DNA from: Deltaproteobacteria bacterium
Lineage (GTDB): Bacteria; Myxococcota; JACRCW01
Assembly: GCA_016218805.1 (NCBI GenBank)
Contig: JACRCW010000051.1
Span: forward strand, 1-52,277
Length of the DNA: 52,277 bases
Reading direction: 5' to 3'
In this document: positions 47,117-52,277 of the stretch, piece after piece
Layout of the letters: each line of letters starts with the position of its first letter
Position numbering within the stretch: position 1 is the stretch's first letter
Translations under genes and position numbers: made by a program
Notes under the pieces: generated by a model
What the model was told of the DNA's origin: nothing
The model's database searches: none
Seen by the model: only the letters and a program-made list of their open reading frames with translations

Positions 47117-47183
47117 GTGGTTCCTCCCTCCTCGGAGAGGATGTGCAGCCGCGCCGTCCCCCGGAGGGACTGGCGCACACGAA

Positions 47184-47388
47184 GGCAGGTCTCCTGGCTC
47201 GTGGGAGGTGGGGGCCGCTCAGGACCCCATTCAACGCACCATCGGTGCGCCGTGGACGACCGTCTTCCCAACCGGCATCGCGTGCCGCTCAGTGACGTCT
47301 GGTCGTCCTGCCCCACATACAGTGGCGGGACCGCGCCGGAATCTCACCGGCTTCCCTTTTCATGCCGCCCGGACCGCTGCACCATGCC
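47184..47388 (-). ncRNA. Cobalamin (AdoCbl) riboswitch
   Basis: Minus strand: GGCATGGT..AAAAGGGAA-GCCGGTGAGATTCCGGC-GCGGTCCCGCCACTGTA..GTCACTG..TGGGAAGAC..GAGCCAGGAGACCTGCC (B12 box). Downstream TCCCTCC/TCCTC can pair with the SD GAGGAGGGAGG. Confidence 0.95.
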
Positions 47389-47711
47389 GCGAGGCCGAAC
47401 GACACACCCTCGTTCCACCGTGGATTATCAGCGCCGCCGCCGGTTGGACAACACCGTTTCCAGTCAGGCGCGTGATCGCGCAATACTGACTGGGTGTGTC
47501 CGCAAGTTTAGCGCCCAGCTGAGGCACGCGTGATCCGGCGCAGCAGCCCCCAACCGGCGGAGGACAAACGCCGTACTCCGCGCACCGTGACGACGAGAAA
47601 ACGCGTGCGGTTGACACATACGTCAACCGTCCCAGAACGGTGGGAGGATGCCGCACCTGCGATCCGCGCTGATACCCCTGCCCGCGTCACCTCTTGCGGA
47701 GGAAGCCAACG

Positions 47712-48911
47712 ATGCGGCGGTTCAACGGTTGGGTGGGTGTGCTGGCGGCGGTGCTCCTGGGAAGCGCGTGCGTGGTGGGCATGGAGGAAGACGGCCCCAG
47801 CGGGATTGAGCTGATGTGCGGCAGCCAGGCGGGCGAGGCGCTCCGCGTCTGCGCAGACGGGACCACCGTGCGCGGCGTGGACGTGTCCTACTGGCAGGGC
47901 AGCATTGACTGGGAGCGCGTCAAGGGCGCGGGGATGAAGTTTGGCATTGCGCGCATCAGCGACGGCACGCGGCACGTGGATACGCAGTTTGGCCGCAATT
48001 GGCGGCAGATGAAGGCGCAGGGCCTCGTGCGCGGCGCCTACCAGTTCTTCCGCTCCAACCAGGACCCCATTGCCCAGGCTCGCCTGGTGGTGCGCCAGCT
48101 CAATGAGTACGGCGGACTGGATGACGCCGACATGCCCGTGGTGCTGGACCTGGAGACGCGCGATGGCATGAGCAACGCGACCATTGTGTCCCGCGCCCGG
48201 CAGTGGCTGCGCTACGTGGAGCAACACACCGGCAAGCGGCCCATCATCTACACCGCGGCCATGATGTCATCGACCCTTGGCAGCAACCTGAGCGACTACA
48301 AGCTGTGGGTGGCCAACTGGACCACGTCCTGTCCCACCATGCCCAGCGGTTGGCGGCACTGGGTCTTCTGGCAGTACACCTCCGACGGCAGCGTGGCGGG
48401 CATCAGCGGGCGGGTGGACACCAACCGCTTCAATGGGGATCTGGCAGAGCTGCGGTCCTGGGCGCGCGCAACGACGGTGGGCGGCGGACAGACCGACCCC
48501 ACGCCAGACCCCACGCCGCCCCCACCGCAGCGCTGCAGCCAGCTCAAGGTCATTGACCTCAACAGCGGACGTCTCAACATCCGCCCCACCGCGGGGACCA
48601 CGCGGTCACCGCTGGGCACCCTGGGCGAGTTTGAAACCGCGCCCATCCTGGACCGCGCGCAGGGCGAGCAGATTGGCAACACACGGCTGTGGCTGAAGGT
48701 CCGCTCGCCGCGCGGGGTGACGGGTTGGGTCACCGCCCGGTACGTGCGCTGCAACAACGCGGGCACCCTGGCGGAGGAAGATGCGCTGTGGGAGGACCTG
48801 GGCTTTGAAGCGCTGGATGACGTGCTGGAAGGCCGCGTGATGGGTGACGGTGACATGCCGCTGCCTGAGGACACCGAAGTGGTTGCGCCCGTGTGCGGGT
48901 TTGGCTGGTGA
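47712..48911 (+). CDS. GH25 lysozyme/muramidase lipoprotein with SH3b domain
   Basis: GVDVSYWQG.IDW, GAYQFF, VLDLE, LWVA.W, FWQY, VDTN.F; C-terminal LNIR...G...W.KV....GWV; acidic tail. Confidence 0.93.
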   Translation: MRRFNGWVGVLAAVLLGSACVVGMEEDGPSGIELMCGSQAGEALRVCADGTTVRGVDVSYWQGSIDWERVKGAGMKFGIARISDGTRHVDTQFGRNWRQMKAQGLVRGAYQFFRSNQDPIAQARLVVRQLNEYGGLDDADMPVVLDLETRDGMSNATIVSRARQWLRYVEQHTGKRPIIYTAAMMSSTLGSNLSDYKLWVANWTTSCPTMPSGWRHWVFWQYTSDGSVAGISGRVDTNRFNGDLAELRSWARATTVGGGQTDPTPDPTPPPPQRCSQLKVIDLNSGRLNIRPTAGTTRSPLGTLGEFETAPILDRAQGEQIGNTRLWLKVRSPRGVTGWVTARYVRCNNAGTLAEEDALWEDLGFEALDDVLEGRVMGDGDMPLPEDTEVVAPVCGFGW

Positions 48912-48935
48912 GCACACGGCCCACCGCTGCGTTGG

Positions 48936-49424
48936 CTACTCCAGCAGGTCCCGGATGCGGCGGCGCAGGAACGCCGCGTCACGCGCACCGTTCACCGCCG
49001 CGCGGATGATGCCCGCGCGGTCAATGAACACCGTGGACGGCGCATCCGCCACGTACATGGGGCCAAGGACCTCCCCGCGCGCCACGTACAGCGGCAGGTC
49101 CAGCCCCAGCGCACGCGCACGGCTGCGGATGGACGGCACGTCCGGGTCAATGGACACCGCAAGGAACTGCACGTCCGTGTCCGCGGCGCTGCGACGGGCG
49201 TCCATCAGCGCGGGCACCTCACGCGCGCACACGTGACAGGAGGGAAGCCAGAAGTGCACCACCAGCGGACGCCCCTTCAGCGCCGCCAGGTCCACCGGAA
49301 CCCCGTCCAGCGTCTCAATGGGGACCGATCGGACCGGTTTCTCAACCGGATCGTACGCGTCACACGCGCCGCAGCCAGGAAGGAGGACGGCCAGGAGGAA
49401 CGGCAGTGCGCGGCGCGGGAACAT
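48936..49424 (-). CDS. TlpA/ResA-like thioredoxin-fold lipoprotein
   Basis: LKGRPLVVHFW..SCHVC.RE.P, P.TVFIDR.G; ATG 49424. Confidence 0.88.
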   Translation of the reverse strand: MFPRRALPFLLAVLLPGCGACDAYDPVEKPVRSVPIETLDGVPVDLAALKGRPLVVHFWLPSCHVCAREVPALMDARRSAADTDVQFLAVSIDPDVPSIRSRARALGLDLPLYVARGEVLGPMYVADAPSTVFIDRAGIIRAAVNGARDAAFLRRRIRDLLE

Positions 49425-49436
49425 GGCGCGGTGATT

Positions 49437-49573
49437 GTAGGACCGCCCTTCGTGCCGGTCACTGGTCTGGGTGACGCCTTCACCCATTCCTCGGGTGTGG
49501 GAGAGCCGGCCGTGCGGCCGGCAGGGGGGGCGCAGAGGGATGGGTCGGCGACCGGCCCGGAGGCCGGTCCTAC
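49437..49573. repeat. Inverted pair of GTAG-type REP sequences (REPIN-like)
   Basis: GTAGGACCGCCCTTCGTGCCGGTC (49437-49460) and the reverse complement of 49550-49573 (GTAGGACCGGCCTCCGGGCCGGTC) are 21/24 identical. Confidence 0.8.
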
Positions 49574-49588
49574 GGCCACTGTGCAAAC

Positions 49589-50872
49589 TCAAACCGCCGT
49601 GTTCTCCAATACCAGCGTGATGCCCTGCCCACCGCCAATGCACATCGTCACCACGCCATAGCGCTGCTTGTTGCGCCGCAGCGCGTGCGCACACGTCACC
49701 GTGAGAATGGCCCCCGTGGCGCCCAGCGGGTGGCCCAGCGCAATGGCCCCGCCCAACGGATTCACCTTCTCCGGGTTGATCCCCATCTTTTCAAAGTCAC
49801 GGATACACGCCAGCGCCTGCGGTGCAAAGGCCTCATTCAATTCCACGTGATCCACCCGGTCACCCTTGATGCCCGCGCGGTCCAGCGCCTTCTGCGTGCT
49901 GGGCACCGGCCCCCACCCCATGATGTGCGAATCACACGCCGCCACCCCCATCCCCGCAATCCGCGCCAACGTGCGATAGCCGTGCTTGGCCGCATCCTTC
50001 TCCTTGCCAATCACCATCGCCGCCGCGCCGTCCACCACCGCGCTGGCGTTGCCCGCCGTGATCACCCCGCCCGCCTCAAACGCCGCGCGCAACTTCGCCA
50101 TCCCCGCCAACGACGCGTCATCCATGATGTGCGTGTCGTGCTTGACGGTGACCGCTTCGTGGGATTCGTCCTCCACCGTCACCGGCTCCGTCTCAAGCTC
50201 AAAGTGCCCCGCGTCCCGCGCCGCCTTCGCGTTCTTCTGTGACCGGTACCCAAACTGGTCGCACTGTTCGCGCGTGATCTTGTAGCGCCGCGCCAGTTCT
50301 TCAGCCGTGTTGGCCATGGCCATGTTGGCCGACGGGTCATACAGGCTCATCAGCAGCATGTCCTGCAGGTGCGTGCCCGGCGGGAGCTGCTTGACGTCAA
50401 CCGGACCGTACTTCTGCGTGGACCCGCCCACCGGCTTGCCGCGGTAGCTGTACAGGCAGAACGGGTACTGCATGCTCTCCGCGCCGCCCACCACGTAGAA
50501 CGGACGCGCCTCGTCGTGACGCAGGCCCGCCGTGGCCATCTCCGCGCCCACCGCAATGGCCTCCGCACCGCTGCCGCAGATGCGCGCCACCGTCAGCGCG
50601 GGGACGTCATCACCCAGGCCGCCGCGCCAGCGCATGCCCTGCGCGCCGTAGATGGAGTCACGGTGGCTGTGTTGCGCCATGCCCATCACCACGTGGCCAA
50701 TGAGCTTCTTGTCCACCGGTGTGCTCTTGAGCGCGGCCTTGATGGCCATGCCGCCCAGCTGCGTGGTGGAGAAACGCGAGAACAGTCCCGGCTTCTTGTT
50801 GTTGACCAGGATGTCCGCGCGGGGAAGGCGCCGTGCGCCGTCCAGGATCACCAGGGTGTCGTCGTTCTTCAT
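49589..50872 (-). CDS. Thiolase (acetyl-CoA C-acyltransferase)
   Basis: ICGSG, TAGNAS..DGAA, ELNEAFA, GGAIALGHPLGATG, CIGGGQG. Confidence 0.95.
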   Translation of the reverse strand: MKNDDTLVILDGARRLPRADILVNNKKPGLFSRFSTTQLGGMAIKAALKSTPVDKKLIGHVVMGMAQHSHRDSIYGAQGMRWRGGLGDDVPALTVARICGSGAEAIAVGAEMATAGLRHDEARPFYVVGGAESMQYPFCLYSYRGKPVGGSTQKYGPVDVKQLPPGTHLQDMLLMSLYDPSANMAMANTAEELARRYKITREQCDQFGYRSQKNAKAARDAGHFELETEPVTVEDESHEAVTVKHDTHIMDDASLAGMAKLRAAFEAGGVITAGNASAVVDGAAAMVIGKEKDAAKHGYRTLARIAGMGVAACDSHIMGWGPVPSTQKALDRAGIKGDRVDHVELNEAFAPQALACIRDFEKMGINPEKVNPLGGAIALGHPLGATGAILTVTCAHALRRNKQRYGVVTMCIGGGQGITLVLENTAV

Positions 50873-50884
50873 GGTCGTTTCTCC

Positions 50885-52276
50885 TCACTCGTGAAGGAAC
50901 AGCGCCGGCACACGCGGCCCGTTCTGGACGAAGTTCTTCATCCCGATGTCCATGTCCACCGTGCGCTTGCAGCGTCCGAATCCCTGGGCCTCCACCTTGA
51001 GGCCTTCGGCCAGCGGCAGCTTGAGACCGCGCAGCAGCACGTCCACCAGGATGGCATCCACCGCCAGCGAACGGTGCCCGATGTCCGTGGGGGGCAGCGC
51101 GCCGCGGAACGCCACCGGCGCGGGGTCCACCGGCGCCAGCTTCGCCTTGCCATCAATGTGCGAGCGCGCCAGCGCGCGGGCCGCGGCCATCACGTCCGCC
51201 ACCGGTTCACCGTGGGCCCAACCCCACTTGCACGCCGTGGCGGCGTCCGCCGTCTTCCCGCCGCGCAGCAGGCCCACCGCGTTCTCCAGCCCAATGAGCC
51301 GCGGCAGCCGCTGCGTCCCGCCGTAACCGGGGATGATGCCCAGGTCCACCTCGGGCTGGCCCAGCATGAGCGCCTTCCCGACGACGCGCGCGTGGCACGC
51401 CATGGAGAGCTCCGCGCCGCCGCCCAACACCGGCCCGTCCAGCGCGGCAATGACCGGTTTCCTGGACGCGGCCACCACGTCGAGAATCGCGTGGCCCTTG
51501 TGACAGATGCCTTCGCAATCCTCCGGCGTCTTGAGTGCCGCCAACTCGTTGATGTCCGCGCCCGCAAACGCCCCGTCCGTGGACGTCAGGATGATCGCCT
51601 TCACCGCCGCGTCAGACTGCAGCGCGGTGATGGCGTCCTTGATCTCGCCCAGCGTGCGCGCGCACAGCGCGTTGCGCACCTCCGGCCGGAACACGCGCAC
51701 CGTGGCAATGTCCCCGTCCTTCTCCACGCGGATGTCGCGCACCAGCTTGGGGGCCACCTTCTTCTCAATGGAGGGCGGGATGGGGAACCCCTTGTGCCGC
51801 GCCGCGTAAGCGCTGCAAAGCGCGTGCACCTTGTCCATGCCCAGCTCTTCGCCCAGCTCCAGCGTGCCCTTGTCAAAGCCCAGGGACATGCGCAGCAGCC
51901 AGTTGAGGTCGGACGGCTCGCAGGTCTTGTCGTCCATCACCGCAAACGCGCGCGCCAGCAGCACCGCCAGCATGCGGTCCACAATGTCCTTGCGCGTGGG
52001 GTCCGGGAGGCTGGCATCCGCGGGTTTGCGCGGGTCATGCCACGGCGTGTTGCCCTGCTTTCCCAGGATGGCCGGCGGCGCGTACCACGGTGACCCGCGC
52101 GGCCCGTCCCGCATCAGCTCCTGGCAGTGCACCACCAGCTTGTTGCCCACCGTGAGGTCCATGACGTTGAACGGCCCGCCGCCGCCCACCGCGTCGTTAA
52201 TGGCCTTGTCCACCTGCGCCGGCGTGGCAATGCCCTCCTCCACAATGCGGGCGGCCTCGCTGATGTAGTTGCAGAA
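50885..52276 (-). CDS. 3-hydroxyacyl-CoA dehydrogenase / enoyl-CoA hydratase fusion (5'-truncated by window edge)
   Basis: Frame open to the window end (FCNYISEAARIVEEG..GPF..MDL.G, HCDH C-domain); C-terminal crotonase AFAGADINE, GGGAEL, QPEV.LGIIPGYGGTQRL. Confidence 0.92.
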   Translation of the reverse strand, partial: FCNYISEAARIVEEGIATPAQVDKAINDAVGGGGPFNVMDLTVGNKLVVHCQELMRDGPRGSPWYAPPAILGKQGNTPWHDPRKPADASLPDPTRKDIVDRMLAVLLARAFAVMDDKTCEPSDLNWLLRMSLGFDKGTLELGEELGMDKVHALCSAYAARHKGFPIPPSIEKKVAPKLVRDIRVEKDGDIATVRVFRPEVRNALCARTLGEIKDAITALQSDAAVKAIILTSTDGAFAGADINELAALKTPEDCEGICHKGHAILDVVAASRKPVIAALDGPVLGGGAELSMACHARVVGKALMLGQPEVDLGIIPGYGGTQRLPRLIGLENAVGLLRGGKTADAATACKWGWAHGEPVADVMAAARALARSHIDGKAKLAPVDPAPVAFRGALPPTDIGHRSLAVDAILVDVLLRGLKLPLAEGLKVEAQGFGRCKRTVDMDIGMKNFVQNGPRVPALFLHE

Positions 52277-52277
52277 C

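Noticed and set aside
1..52277. tRNA/rRNA genes, prophage or integrase
   Set aside because: No cloverleaf, rRNA signature, phage structural gene or recombinase motif recognised by eye.

Overview
High-GC chromosomal window, most consistent with a Myxococcota/deltaproteobacterial genome (Myxococcus-type Cys-rich repeats, a MYXO-CTERM-like tail, many lipoproteins, sigma54-type promoters). It holds about 50 CDS. From left to right: a vapBC toxin-antitoxin pair; Fur-boxed feoAB; an ABC-2 exporter; a DUF3095 cyclase-like gene preceded by a 140-nt near-perfect hairpin; a putative sigma54-driven module (HPF-cold-shock fusion, APS-kinase-like, APH-like kinase, minimal SufC/SufB-type SMS pair, DUF2267); an NCS2 permease; a PQQ/GSDH-diheme fusion; coaD; a MepA-like peptidase; an ATP-grasp/ferritin pair; two S8 proteases; an AT-rich 55-bp palindrome; DedA; a REP-associated tyrosine transposase (RAYT) with its own REP array; a cobalamin-riboswitch operon (TonB receptor plus three lipoproteins); GH25 lysozyme; TlpA; a GTAG-type REP pair; thiolase; and a truncated HCDH/ECH fusion. 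No rRNA, tRNA or CRISPR array was recognised. The best candidate for an undescribed system is the B12-riboswitch operon, whose last gene encodes an unrecognised duplicated domain behind a Met-rich linker. All family assignments are motif recognition by eye, not database searches.
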